A DNA stretch of 64,000 bases from Spirochaetia bacterium (GCA_049519415.1 JBEKQU010000005.1:37504-101503), one strand, 5' to 3'. Numbered from the stretch's first letter, positions 20,323 through 30,112 are shown. Numbers and translations are program-made. The notes: generated by a model from the letters alone, not told the origin.

Positions 20323-21870
20323 ATGAAGAGACAGGTCCTCGTGTTCTGCGTCGTCCTTCTCGCCTGCGGCGGCATGCTGTTCGCCTCCGGCAAGACGGAA
20401 GGCGCCGCCTCGTCGGGAGGCCCGGCACCACAGCTCATCGTGCAGCTCATGGACAACGAGCAGCCGGACGTTCCCGCGGTCACGGCGGAGATCAACAAGA
20501 TCCTGTTGAAGAACCTCAACGTCACGGTGAAGTTCCAGCACTTTACCTGGACGGACTGGCAGCAGAAGTACAAGCTGCTGGTGACGTCCGGTGAGCCGGC
20601 CGACCTTCTCTACGCCGCCAACTGGAACAACTACGCCCAGTACGCGCGAGACGGAGCCTACAAGCAGCTCGACGATATGCTCCCCAAGGTTGCGCCGGAG
20701 CTTATCAAGGCCATCCCCAAGACGAGCTGGGACGGCGTGAAGATCCAGGGCAAGATCTGGGCGGTTCCTCCGCTCCGCTACGGCTACTCGGGAACGGGCC
20801 ACCTCCTGTATCGCGCGGACCTGCAGAAGAAGTGGGGCGTGGCGCCGGTGACCGATTGGAACTCGTTCTACGCGTACCTGGATGCGGTCAAGAAGAACGC
20901 GCCGGACATGGTCCCGTGCGAGGACTTTGGCAACACCTCTGAGTGGGTCAGCTCGCTACTGCTCAACACCATTGCCAAAGACAATCCCCAAAACGCGTGG
21001 TTCACCGCCTTCCTCACCCAGAGCCAGCTCTTATGGTTCGACTTCCGCAACCAGAAGCCGGACAACATCAAGGCTATCTACGAGTTCCCGGAGTACAAGC
21101 CTTTCCTCCAGACCATGCATGACCTTGCCGGACGGGGTTACTGGTCTCCCGATGTCCTGGCGGAGAAGAGCATCGGCTCCGAGATTTTCGAGGCCGGAAA
21201 GTCTGCTGCCACCGCCGGCGGCGCCGGAACGCAGAACATCGACAAGACCCAGGAGCTGATTCAGCGCGTTGCAAAGAACAATCCCACCTGGGAGGTCGGT
21301 GAGCTGAGCTGGGACAAGGTCCGCGGGTGGGCCATCCCTGCGGCAGCACAGCAGGACCTGACCACGGTTCCCATCCAGTCCAAGTATCCCGAGCTGGCCC
21401 TCAAGGTCACCTCGGCCATGCTCCTGGACAAGGACCTGCAGTTCCTCATCGACTACGGCATCAAGGGAGTCCATTACGACATCGGCACCAAGGGTGAGTA
21501 CGTCCAGCTCCCCGGCGCCAAGAACTACATGCTGTTCGGCATGGCCGCATGGGCCTGGAAGAACCAGAGCATGTTCCTGGCGGACGGGAGCGTGTGGGGA
21601 CCCCAGCACGACGCTTACCTGAAGTACTACGACACCATTGCGGTGCCCAACACCGGCTTCGCGCTGGACACGAGCCCCATCAACGCGGAGCTCACGGCGT
21701 GCATCCAGGTGGAGCAGCAGTACGGCTGGCCGCTCTGGTTCGGTCTTGTCCCCAACATCGACGACGCGGAGAAGACCTTCGAGCAGCAGCTTCAGGCCGC
21801 AGGCATCGAGAAGGTCCGCGCGGAGATCAAGAAGCAGCTCGCCCAGTACCAGAAGGAGATCGGGCAGTAG
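20323..21870 (+). CDS. extracellular solute-binding lipoprotein (LplA-like) of oligosaccharide ABC transporter
   Basis: Lipoprotein signal (LLACGG). About 515 aa, the size typical of LplA-type binding proteins. It is divergent from the permease operon. Confidence 0.8.
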   Translation: MKRQVLVFCVVLLACGGMLFASGKTEGAASSGGPAPQLIVQLMDNEQPDVPAVTAEINKILLKNLNVTVKFQHFTWTDWQQKYKLLVTSGEPADLLYAANWNNYAQYARDGAYKQLDDMLPKVAPELIKAIPKTSWDGVKIQGKIWAVPPLRYGYSGTGHLLYRADLQKKWGVAPVTDWNSFYAYLDAVKKNAPDMVPCEDFGNTSEWVSSLLLNTIAKDNPQNAWFTAFLTQSQLLWFDFRNQKPDNIKAIYEFPEYKPFLQTMHDLAGRGYWSPDVLAEKSIGSEIFEAGKSAATAGGAGTQNIDKTQELIQRVAKNNPTWEVGELSWDKVRGWAIPAAAQQDLTTVPIQSKYPELALKVTSAMLLDKDLQFLIDYGIKGVHYDIGTKGEYVQLPGAKNYMLFGMAAWAWKNQSMFLADGSVWGPQHDAYLKYYDTIAVPNTGFALDTSPINAELTACIQVEQQYGWPLWFGLVPNIDDAEKTFEQQLQAAGIEKVRAEIKKQLAQYQKEIGQ

Positions 21871-21891
21871 GGATCGTTTCGTGTGGATGAG

Positions 21892-21916
21892 GGGGCTGCT
21901 CGGCGTGGGCAGCCCC
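21892..21916. terminator. hairpin terminator between convergent genes
   Basis: GGGGCTGC-N8-GCAGCCCC stem-loop. Confidence 0.45.
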
Positions 21917-21919
21917 TAT

Positions 21920-23023
21920 TCATTTCCGGATCAATCCGATCAGTGGATTGCATCCACGCTCGCCACCCAGAGCGATGATGTCACGGTCCTGGATCTGGGC
22001 CCGTCGAAGTGGTTCGATGATATCTCGGACGAGATCCGGGACGTACGCCTTGAGCAAGGAGCAAGGACCGTTGGGGGCAACTGCGACGTTCCCAAGGCTC
22101 GCAGGCAGGAGGCAGGATTGGCCTGGGCCCAGGTTCTCCGAGCCGGTTCCGCCCTCCACCGAGGAATTGCCTTCGATCTGGGTGAGAACATAGAACCTTT
22201 CGCCCGCGCAGGCTATGTCGTGGGGTGAAACCAGGTCGAGGCGCTCCAGCGCGAAAAAGCGGCACGCGAAGATATAGGAGATGCGATTCATCCCTAAAGC
22301 GACGATCACGGGCTGAACTCTACATTCACTGCCCGGCGCCAATCGTACCGCACGGATCGTCTTCTCAGCCCACTTTTTCCGTCCCTCCGTCCCGGGGAGG
22401 AACTCATGGCTCCGCAGCATCATTATGACATCCGAGTTCTGCATGATCTCGTAAAAGAGAACTCCGCCATGGCTATAGTGCATGGTGCCGGCGTGGAGGA
22501 GAAACGCATCCCCGGAACGCGCCTGCTGCTCCTCCATGACGTCACGGATCGTGCCGTCAACCAAAGCCTTCAATACCTCGTCGCGGCCGATCCCTTCACG
22601 CGTTCCGCAATGGATGGTGGCCCCGGGCCGGGTCCTGAGCATGTACCAGGCTTCGGTCTTCCCTGGATCCTTCAGTCCCTGTTCCTTGGCAAGGGAATTG
22701 TCCTGATGCACCTGTTCTCCAAGGGGATTGGTAGCGTCCAGGAGTTTGATCAGAAGAGGGAACCGGGAGCCGGATTCGGCGGTTACGGCATGTCCGAGAA
22801 GCTCCTCACCGTACGTTTCTATCAGGTCGTGAAGGCTGCTGCCGGCAAGCGCTCCATTCTTCACCACGCTGGATTCCCCGGGCCTGTCGCAGACCTCCCA
22901 TGTTTCCGAGAGCCTGTGCTCCTCGGGAAGTCCCTGCTTGTCGAACTCCTCCGCGATCCATCTGCCGCCGAAGTCGTAGTTCCTGAGAATCTCCTTGAAC
23001 CGAAGCGGATAAAGACCGGGCAT
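21920..23023 (-). CDS. manA: mannose-6-phosphate isomerase, class I
   Basis: FPLLIKLLDA motif and the QVHQD region match the type I PMI cupin signature. Confidence 0.75.
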   Translation of the reverse strand: MPGLYPLRFKEILRNYDFGGRWIAEEFDKQGLPEEHRLSETWEVCDRPGESSVVKNGALAGSSLHDLIETYGEELLGHAVTAESGSRFPLLIKLLDATNPLGEQVHQDNSLAKEQGLKDPGKTEAWYMLRTRPGATIHCGTREGIGRDEVLKALVDGTIRDVMEEQQARSGDAFLLHAGTMHYSHGGVLFYEIMQNSDVIMMLRSHEFLPGTEGRKKWAEKTIRAVRLAPGSECRVQPVIVALGMNRISYIFACRFFALERLDLVSPHDIACAGERFYVLTQIEGNSSVEGGTGSENLGPGQSCLLPASLGNVAVAPNGPCSLLKAYVPDLVRDIIEPLRRAQIQDRDIIALGGERGCNPLIGLIRK

Positions 23024-23032
23024 CGTTATCGG

Positions 23033-24688
23033 CTATCTCCATGACTCGACGAGCCTTTTCAGCCGACGGTAGCCTTCCTTGGGCCGGAGCTGCTCGTCCA
23101 CGAGACCCCCGTGCGGAATAAAAGCGGGGTCGGCGAAGTCCCACCACGTCAGGGCTTCAACCTCGGGCTTGGCGTAGCAGATCGTGTAGAACCCTTCGAT
23201 CCAGTCCGCCTGCTCCTGCTCGGACCAGGGGCGTCCGTGCCAGCGCATGCGGTTGGGGACGTAGACCTGAGTCGGCGTGACAATGGGATCTTCCGCTGAG
23301 CTTATTCCTGCCTCGGTGATGTGCACCTTCTTGCCGAGCCGGCAGAAGGTCTCTATGTGTCGATCGATCTCGAAGAGGTCCCGGGAAGGATCGTACATCT
23401 GGAGCCCTATGGCCTCGAACTGGACGCCGGCGGCAAGAAGGTCCCGACAGTATTCAAGAGTGCTCCTGGCACGATCGTCGGAGATATTGCTCCACCCCCA
23501 CCCGGTGGCAGCGTACTCGCTCCAGGTAAAGCATAAGTTGACGACACGCTGGGCCTTGGAGTTGCGGGCCTTGACTGCTTTGGACGCGAGATCGGTGATT
23601 TCCACGAGCCGGGCGTAGGGCCACCGGTGGATGTTGTTCCAGCTATGCGCCTCGTTGATGATGTCCCACCGGTCGATCCTGCCAGCGAACCTCCCCACGG
23701 CGTCGCTCACGTAGTCGAGGTGCGATGCGAGTATCTCCTCGTAGCTCTTGCCCCGCAGCCAGTCCGGCGTGCCCGCGTCGAACAGCCAGATCAGGGGATG
23801 GCCCTTCACCTGCATCCCCGCGCGCGCCGCCCATGCCACGATGGTCTCGGCCGCGGAGTAGTCGCGAACGCCCTGCACCGGCTCTACCGTGATTTTCCTG
23901 TAGAACGGCGCCGTTACATAATTGAGCACGCCCTGGAAGAGCTCCGCGTAGCGCTCGCCAAGCTTGGCGTAGTTGAAGCCGTTGCAGCCGAAGAGGAAGT
24001 CCTTCCGGTGCCCTCGTGAAGCGATGAGAGACCGCGCGTGCTCGAGCGCGAGCATTTCGCCCGCCTGCATGGACCGGGCCAGGGAAGACACGGCCCGCCG
24101 CGCTTGCTTGATGGGATCGCTCGCCCGTTCCGCGTCTTCGAGAAGCATCGCGGACTCGGCAACCGCCTCGCTGCATGCAAGAGAGGGCTTGAAGGTCTTG
24201 GCGCCCCATTGGACGGCTGCCGTCTTCACCGCGGAGAGCCGGGAACGGGCGAACTCGAGGTTCAGGTTCAGCCGCTTTCCCCCGACTTCCCGACGGTCGT
24301 ATCCCCTGCCTTCGTTGTCCGCGTAGACGTGGACATGCCCGAAGCCGTCGACGTTCAGGGGCATGCCGATGGAGAAGGGCGCATCCGCACAGGGCAGCCG
24401 GACGCAGCCAAAGCCGATGGTCATGATCATGGGCCGCTGCTCGAATGCCGGCATGTGCTCCATGTCGAGGACCATTATTTCGTTCTGCGGCGCCCAGTCC
24501 AGAGGAGACCCGTCGCTGGAAAAAACTACGGCTTCAAAATAATCGTCTGTCCGCTGCATGACACGCCACTCCTTTCCTTCAAGAGATAGCACATACCATA
24601 GCTCTCCTTCAGCCCGGCGCCAAGGCCGCGCATTTGGGGAAGATTCTTGATGAGGGCACGCGTCCTCTGGATTACTGATCGCGCTCAC
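23033..24688 (-). CDS. glycoside hydrolase family 10 (xylanase-like) protein with ~200-aa N-terminal extension, no signal peptide
   Basis: GH10 catalytic motifs WDIINEA (acid/base Glu) and HITEAG (nucleophile Glu), plus GHPLIW. The start is uncertain; an internal Met is at 24559. Confidence 0.65.
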   Translation of the reverse strand: MSAISNPEDACPHQESSPNARPWRRAEGELWYVLSLEGKEWRVMQRTDDYFEAVVFSSDGSPLDWAPQNEIMVLDMEHMPAFEQRPMIMTIGFGCVRLPCADAPFSIGMPLNVDGFGHVHVYADNEGRGYDRREVGGKRLNLNLEFARSRLSAVKTAAVQWGAKTFKPSLACSEAVAESAMLLEDAERASDPIKQARRAVSSLARSMQAGEMLALEHARSLIASRGHRKDFLFGCNGFNYAKLGERYAELFQGVLNYVTAPFYRKITVEPVQGVRDYSAAETIVAWAARAGMQVKGHPLIWLFDAGTPDWLRGKSYEEILASHLDYVSDAVGRFAGRIDRWDIINEAHSWNNIHRWPYARLVEITDLASKAVKARNSKAQRVVNLCFTWSEYAATGWGWSNISDDRARSTLEYCRDLLAAGVQFEAIGLQMYDPSRDLFEIDRHIETFCRLGKKVHITEAGISSAEDPIVTPTQVYVPNRMRWHGRPWSEQEQADWIEGFYTICYAKPEVEALTWWDFADPAFIPHGGLVDEQLRPKEGYRRLKRLVESWR

Positions 24689-24724
24689 TATATACTCATT
24701 CAGGCAACAATCGAGAGGCTATCG

Positions 24725-27112
24725 ATGAGTGAAAGAACCGGACAGCTGCAGCAAACCATCAAGGCCATGCTGAATGCGGGCGTGCGTCGGACCACTTTCT
24801 ATCCTCTGGTAAGCGAATCGCTGGATCAAACCCAGGGAAAACCTAGGCCACTACGGCGTGCCATGGCTTTTGCCTACTTGCTGGATCACGTTGAGCAGGT
24901 TGTTCTGCCCCATGAGCTCTTGGCCGGCTCCATCACCGGGATGTGGCCGTTGGCGGAAGATCATGCCACCATCGAACAGCAGTTGATGGAAGGACGCCAG
25001 GCGATTGAAGAGTACCTGCGGCAGCGCCAGCACAACCCTCCCGCCCAAGCGGTGGAGCGCTGGGCGCTGATGGCGCGCGACCACTACGATGCCCGAATTC
25101 GCTTCTCCGATCTGCAGCAGGTCGCTCAAACACTTTCGCACGAGTTCAACGGCAGCCACCAGCTCCCCTATGCCGAGCTGTACCGGGTTTTGGAAAATCA
25201 TTTTGTATTCGATTACGGGGAGCGGGTGCGTAAGAACTTTGCGGAGCTGCCATGGTTCACCGCCAATCATCTCTCTCTGAGCTTCAAGAAAGCACTGGAG
25301 CGCGGCCTGGGAGACATCAGGCAGGAAATCCTTTCCCGTCGATCGCAGGCCGGAGAACCCGCTCAACAAGAGTTCTATGACTCGACCCTCATCGCCATGG
25401 ATGCCGCCATGCGCTTCATTCACCGCTACGCTGGCACCCTGCAGCAAGCGGCCAGCCAGGTTCACACGGTGCGGGCACAAGAGTTGCTTGAGATGGCCGG
25501 CCTCTGCGATCGGATCGCGGAAAACGCGCCGCGGACCTTCCGCGAGGCAATCCAACTGGTCTGGATGATCCACCTGATCAGCAACATCGGCGGCGGGGCG
25601 GCCATGTCCTTTGCCCGATTCGACCAGTACTTGGGGCCTTTCTATCAACGTGACCTGGCCGCGGGAATAGTCACGCCCGAACAAGCCAAAGAGCTGATCG
25701 CCCACCTGTGGCTGAAGACCAACGAAGCAAAGATGCGCACGGTGCAGAGCCTGGCGCTCTCCGGGATCGACCGCAGCGGCCGGGATGGCACCAATGACCT
25801 GACGTACCTCTGTCTTGATGTCATTGCCGAGGTCCGCGAGCCCTATCCCAATACCTGCGTGAGGATGCACAAGGACAGCCCTGCCAAGCTGTGGGAGAAG
25901 GTGATCGACACGCTGCTGATCGGCATAGGGCAGCCGCAGATCTTCAATGATGACGCCATGCTGCGCGGCATGGCGCGGGCGGGTCTCCCGGTGGAGGACG
26001 CGCGCGACTATTACCCGATGGGCTGTGTTGAGGTGATGCTGGAGGGGGTGCAGCCCACCTACCAGGGCATTGGCGGTGTGGTCTTTGCGGGGCTGCTTGA
26101 GGCGGTCTTCAACAACGGCGGCGCGAATACCGCCGGCGAAACCGGCTGCCCCACGGGCGAGCTTTCCTCCTTCCCGACTTTTGATGCTTTCCTCAACGCC
26201 TACCTGACCCAGGTCCGCTGGCGGCTCACCAATTCGATCCATGAGGCCGAAGAGCGCAGCCTGCATGGGGCCAGGGAGCTGTACGATCCTTTCGCGTCGA
26301 TCTTCGTGGAAGACTGCCTGAAAAAAGGCAAGGATGTCTGTCAGGGCGGAGCGCGCTACCCGGCGTGCTTCACAATGAACGGGTTAGGATTCGGAACGGC
26401 GATCGACTCTCTGGCTGCCATCAAGACGGTCGTCTATGGACGCAAGCAGTACTCCCTGCAGCAGGTCAAGGCGATGCTGGATAAGGACTTTGCCGGCGAT
26501 GAGTCGGCCCGGGTGCTGCTTGTCAGCCACCCCGCGGCCTACGGGAATGATCTGGAGGAAGCGGATTCCATCGCGCGCCAGGTGTACAGCGCCTTTGTCG
26601 ATACCGTCCTGGATTACCGTTCTCCCATCGGCGCATTCTTTTTCCCGCAGATGTTCAGCTATAACTCGCACGTCAATCGCGGTGAAATCACCGCCGCCAC
26701 TCCCAACGGGCGGCGGCGCGCTGAGGCGCTCAGCGACGGCCCTGGGCCGACGCAAGGCCGGGACGTGAGCGGGCCGACGTGCCTGATCAACTCGGTGACG
26801 GGCATGGATGGGAGCAAATTGATCGGCGGCTGCGGCTTCAACATGAAGATCAGCCCGGATTTCGTCCGCGGTCCAGAGGGCAGGAAAATATTGAAATCAT
26901 TGCTCCTTACATACTTGCGGAAAAATGGGATGCAGATCCAGGTCAACCTGATTGACCAGGAGACCTTGCGCAAAGCCCAGCAGTTCCCCGAGCAGTACCG
27001 CAACATCATCGTGCGGGTGGCAGGGTATTGCGAATATTTTGGCAACTTGGATCGCAAGCTGCAGGACGAGATCATCCGCCGCACGGCCCAGCTTGCCCCC
27101 GCCGCGACGTGA
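24725..27112 (+). CDS. glycyl radical enzyme (PFL2/glycerol-dehydratase clade)
   Basis: C-terminal glycyl radical motif RVAGYCEYF and active-site GCVE. About 795 aa. Confidence 0.85.
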   Translation: MSERTGQLQQTIKAMLNAGVRRTTFYPLVSESLDQTQGKPRPLRRAMAFAYLLDHVEQVVLPHELLAGSITGMWPLAEDHATIEQQLMEGRQAIEEYLRQRQHNPPAQAVERWALMARDHYDARIRFSDLQQVAQTLSHEFNGSHQLPYAELYRVLENHFVFDYGERVRKNFAELPWFTANHLSLSFKKALERGLGDIRQEILSRRSQAGEPAQQEFYDSTLIAMDAAMRFIHRYAGTLQQAASQVHTVRAQELLEMAGLCDRIAENAPRTFREAIQLVWMIHLISNIGGGAAMSFARFDQYLGPFYQRDLAAGIVTPEQAKELIAHLWLKTNEAKMRTVQSLALSGIDRSGRDGTNDLTYLCLDVIAEVREPYPNTCVRMHKDSPAKLWEKVIDTLLIGIGQPQIFNDDAMLRGMARAGLPVEDARDYYPMGCVEVMLEGVQPTYQGIGGVVFAGLLEAVFNNGGANTAGETGCPTGELSSFPTFDAFLNAYLTQVRWRLTNSIHEAEERSLHGARELYDPFASIFVEDCLKKGKDVCQGGARYPACFTMNGLGFGTAIDSLAAIKTVVYGRKQYSLQQVKAMLDKDFAGDESARVLLVSHPAAYGNDLEEADSIARQVYSAFVDTVLDYRSPIGAFFFPQMFSYNSHVNRGEITAATPNGRRRAEALSDGPGPTQGRDVSGPTCLINSVTGMDGSKLIGGCGFNMKISPDFVRGPEGRKILKSLLLTYLRKNGMQIQVNLIDQETLRKAQQFPEQYRNIIVRVAGYCEYFGNLDRKLQDEIIRRTAQLAPAAT

Positions 27113-27146
27113 GCCGCACGATGCTCCCAGAGGAGACGCGAATCTC

Positions 27147-28160
27147 ATGAAAGCCGTTGCCGCTACCGCCCGGGGAAAAGTCGAAGTCGTTGAAATCCCA
27201 ATGCCTGAAATACAGGACTACGAGTGCCTGGTCAAAGTAAGAGCCTGCGGGTTTTGCAATGGCACCGACATGAAGATCATTGACGATGAGGTGAGCACTA
27301 CTCCGGTCGAATTCCCAGTCATCCTGGGCCATGAAGGGGTCGGAGAGGTGGTCCAGGTGGGGAAAAAGGTCAAGAACATCCATGTGGGGGAGGTCTACCT
27401 CAATCCTCATGGCCGGATCATGCCCGGCACGCCATTCAAAGGCATGTGGACCAACATGGTGGAGTATGGCTTCCTGCCCGATTACCAGGTCATGGACGAA
27501 CTGGGCATTGGCGGCCCGCGCTGGGGAGCCAATCTCTCCATCCCGCCGGAGATTGACCCGCTGGATGGCGGGGTCATCCTGACGCTCAAAGAGTGCTTCA
27601 GCGGCGTCCGCAATTTTGGCGTCCAGCAAGGCCAGTCCGTCCTGGTCTACGGGGACGGCCCGGTGGGCCTGGCGCTGGTAAATTTCCTGCGCATGGCAGG
27701 CGCGGCGTGGGTCGGTTGCGTGGGGCACCAGCCCCAGCGCATGGAGTGGATCGCCAGCCATTCCCAGCCGGACCTGCTGCTCAATTCGCATGTGGAGTCC
27801 GTCCCGGAACGTATAGGAGAGCGGCGCCTGGACTTGGTGATTGACGCGGTGGGCTCAACCGCCATCATCCGGCAGGCTTCTCGCCTGCTCAAGCCAGGCG
27901 GCAAGGTGGGCGTTTTGGGCGTGATCAAAAACAAGGACGCATCCCTGTCGCTGCTGGACCTCGCCAACCACACTTCGCTGCACATGCTCAATTGGCCCTA
28001 TCGGGAACACGCGTCTCATGATGAAATTGTTGGCTTGATTCTGCAGGGCAAGATCAAACCCAAAGATTATTACAGTCACGTCATATCGATAGATGAGGCT
28101 CCCCGAGCGATGGAGATGATCAGGACGCGGCAGGCTTTCAAGGTAGTGCTGAAAATGTGA
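27147..28160 (+). CDS. zinc-dependent alcohol dehydrogenase (MDR family)
   Basis: GHEGVGEV zinc site, CGFCNGTD structural zinc region and a GxGxxG motif (VYGDGPVGLA). Confidence 0.85.
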   Translation: MKAVAATARGKVEVVEIPMPEIQDYECLVKVRACGFCNGTDMKIIDDEVSTTPVEFPVILGHEGVGEVVQVGKKVKNIHVGEVYLNPHGRIMPGTPFKGMWTNMVEYGFLPDYQVMDELGIGGPRWGANLSIPPEIDPLDGGVILTLKECFSGVRNFGVQQGQSVLVYGDGPVGLALVNFLRMAGAAWVGCVGHQPQRMEWIASHSQPDLLLNSHVESVPERIGERRLDLVIDAVGSTAIIRQASRLLKPGGKVGVLGVIKNKDASLSLLDLANHTSLHMLNWPYREHASHDEIVGLILQGKIKPKDYYSHVISIDEAPRAMEMIRTRQAFKVVLKM

Positions 28161-28246
28161 TTGCCGGTCAGCGCTAGGGGCTCGCTCACGCGGCACGCGG
28201 CCTGTCGATTGACAAGGCGGGATCCTGCAGCTACGCTCGAATCGGC

Positions 28247-28597
28247 ATGATGCAGGCGAAGACCGAGCTGGCAAGAGATCCCGTTCTCCTCTCGTTGTTG
28301 GAGCGGATCAGGAGCACCCTCGATCCCGAGCGTGTCTACCTGTTCGGTTCGAGGGCACGGGGTCAGGCAACTCCGGACAGCGACTACGATTTTCTCGTCG
28401 TCGTCCCGCATTCGGACAAGCCCCGCTATCGACGGGATCAGGAGGCGTACCTGGCGCTGTGCGGAAGTGGCGTCGCAAAGGACATCATTGTGCTCACCCG
28501 AGCAGAGTTCGAGTCGTCTCGTCGGGCTGTCTCATCGTTGACCTCCGCGGTCCTCAGCGAGGGGATCCTTCTGCATGAATCAGGAAACGCGAGCTGA
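28247..28597 (+). CDS. nucleotidyltransferase-domain protein (MNT-type antitoxin)
   Basis: LFGSRARGQATPDSDYDFLVVV is the GS...DxD nucleotidyltransferase motif. Confidence 0.7.
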   Translation: MMQAKTELARDPVLLSLLERIRSTLDPERVYLFGSRARGQATPDSDYDFLVVVPHSDKPRYRRDQEAYLALCGSGVAKDIIVLTRAEFESSRRAVSSLTSAVLSEGILLHESGNAS

Positions 28598-28745
28598 AGC
28601 TGCAGCGTGGCTCGCCAAGGCGCGGACGGATTTACGCGCAGCCCTGGCTGATCTGAACGCATCTCCGCCGATCACCAGCGATGCGCTGTTTCACTGCCAG
28701 CAGGCGGTTCGCCGGAACCCGATCTGGCCACGGCAGAGGCGGGCA
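28575..28745 (+). pseudogene. HEPN-domain toxin gene, disrupted (frameshift into Arg-rich nonsense)
   Basis: The N-terminus (AAAWLAKARTDLRAALADL...ALFHCQQAV) matches HEPN. It loses the expected EKALKA continuation. Confidence 0.5.
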
Positions 28746-29022
28746 TGGGAACCGAGGTCCGCCTCCCTGTTCCGCTCGCGCCGATCGCCTCGACGGTCCC
28801 GGCGGCGTCGGCCCCGAGTATCCGCATCTTGGGCCGGAAGAGCCCGCCTGCCATGAAGCGGATGAAGAAGGGATTCGCCCTCATCCTGCGATCATCGCTT
28901 GAGTTGATCGAGGAGGCGCGGACCTTGATCAGGATCTCGTCCTCCGCCGGGGCGGGTTTCTCGACGTCCCTCAAAATGAGGACTGACGGCGATCCGTAGC
29001 TGTCATACACTATTGCTCTCAC
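28672..29022 (-). pseudogene. quinone oxidoreductase/Zn-ADH family N-terminal fragment
   Basis: RAIVYDSYGSPSVLILRDVEKPAPAEDEILIKVRASSIN...ILGADAAGTVEAIG is a classic QOR N-terminus. It breaks down after about 110 aa and overlaps the HEPN fragment. Confidence 0.5.
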
Positions 29023-29129
29023 GCTCGCTGCCTCGCTTGGAAAAACCCATGCCTTGGAATATAGGGCAAGCCGCGCGCTCGGACGCACACACTTAAGTGT
29101 GGTTTCGAGTGTGTTCTTTCGATCGGTTG

Positions 29130-29291
29130 CGGGTCAGGTGCGCGGAAGGGCTCTCCAATCAGGAAATAGGCAAGCGCCTCTTCCTCGCCCTGGACACGAT
29201 CAAGGGCTACAACCGGAGAATCTTCGAGAAGCTTGAGGTCAAGCGGCGCACGGAAGCCATCGCCCGCGGCCGCGAGCTGGGCATGCTGTAG
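29130..29291 (+). pseudogene. C-terminal LuxR-type HTH fragment of a MalT-like regulator
   Basis: LSNQEIGKRLFLALDTIKGYNRRIFEKLEVKRRTEAIARGRELGML is very similar to the C-terminus of the intact regulator at 35817-38540. Confidence 0.6.
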
Positions 29292-29400
29292 CAACCTTCC
29301 CGCCTGTACCGATCTCCCGCATCCCTGAAAACAACACTCAGAACGACACTTTCGTGTCTGCGCGCCGCGGGGCGGAATGGGCATGCTTGCACTATCAAAG
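29235..29400 (+). repeat. left copy of inverted repeat (LuxR 3' end plus downstream leader)
   Basis: About 95% identical to the reverse complement of 35406-35561. Confidence 0.8.
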
Positions 29401-29401
29401 G
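29379..29401 (+). promoter_or_regulatory. conserved 23-bp element GGGCATGCTTGCACTATCAAAGG, copy 1, about 15 nt upstream of the start codon
   Basis: One of three identical copies, each upstream of an RBS and start codon. Confidence 0.45.
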
Positions 29402-29416
29402 TGAAAGGAGAAAATC

Positions 29417-30106
29417 ATGGGAACAACAGAGAAAAAATCGCGGATCCTCGGGCTGGCTTTTCTGATCCAGTTCGTCACATCGTTCACGGGCGGTGTGCTC
29501 GTGCTCCCCATGGCGACCGGGGTGGGGGGCTTCGGTCGGATGGAGAACATCGGCCAGACCATGGCCACCATTGCGAAAAACGCAGGGCTTGTCCGTTTCG
29601 ACATCCTCCTGGAGCTGGTCACCGCGGCCGCCATCATCTTCCTCGGCGGGATGCTGTACGCGGCGGTGAAAAAACAGAACAAGGGACTGGCTTTGACCGC
29701 TTTTGGTCTCTACGTCATGGAAGGCGTCATGATCGCGGTCACAAAACTCGTGCTCTTTGCACTCCTGGCAATCAGCCAGCAGTACATGGCCGCGGGCAAC
29801 CCCGTCTCGCTGGAGCCGACAGCCAGGATGGCATACGAAGTGATGTCGTACTCCTCCAAGATGTTCAATTTCGCCGCCTGCCTGGGCATCACGATCTTCT
29901 ACGCCCTGCTTTACAAGGCCCGCACAGTGGCGCGGCCCTTGACGCTGTGGGGACTGGTGAGCATCCAGGGCGTTTTCGCGGGATTACTGATGGGTCTCTT
30001 CGGCCTCGAGGCACCCATCTACCTCTACGTCCTCTACATCCCCTTCGAGCTCGTGATTGGCGTCTGGATTCTCATCAGAGGCGTGAACAGGGAAGCGGTG
30101 AACTAG
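29417..30106 (+). CDS. DUF4386-family membrane protein
   Basis: 229 aa, multi-TM. N-terminus SRILGLAFLIQFVTSF. RBS AAAGGAG. Confidence 0.6.
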   Translation: MGTTEKKSRILGLAFLIQFVTSFTGGVLVLPMATGVGGFGRMENIGQTMATIAKNAGLVRFDILLELVTAAAIIFLGGMLYAAVKKQNKGLALTAFGLYVMEGVMIAVTKLVLFALLAISQQYMAAGNPVSLEPTARMAYEVMSYSSKMFNFAACLGITIFYALLYKARTVARPLTLWGLVSIQGVFAGLLMGLFGLEAPIYLYVLYIPFELVIGVWILIRGVNREAVN

Positions 30107-30112
30107 CGCAAT

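Noticed and set aside
29379-29401. Sigma-54 (-24/-12) promoter interpretation of GGGCATGCTTGCA
   Set aside because: The GG to GC spacing is 7-8 nt rather than the required 10 nt (TGGCACG-N4-TTGC). It does not fit RpoN geometry.
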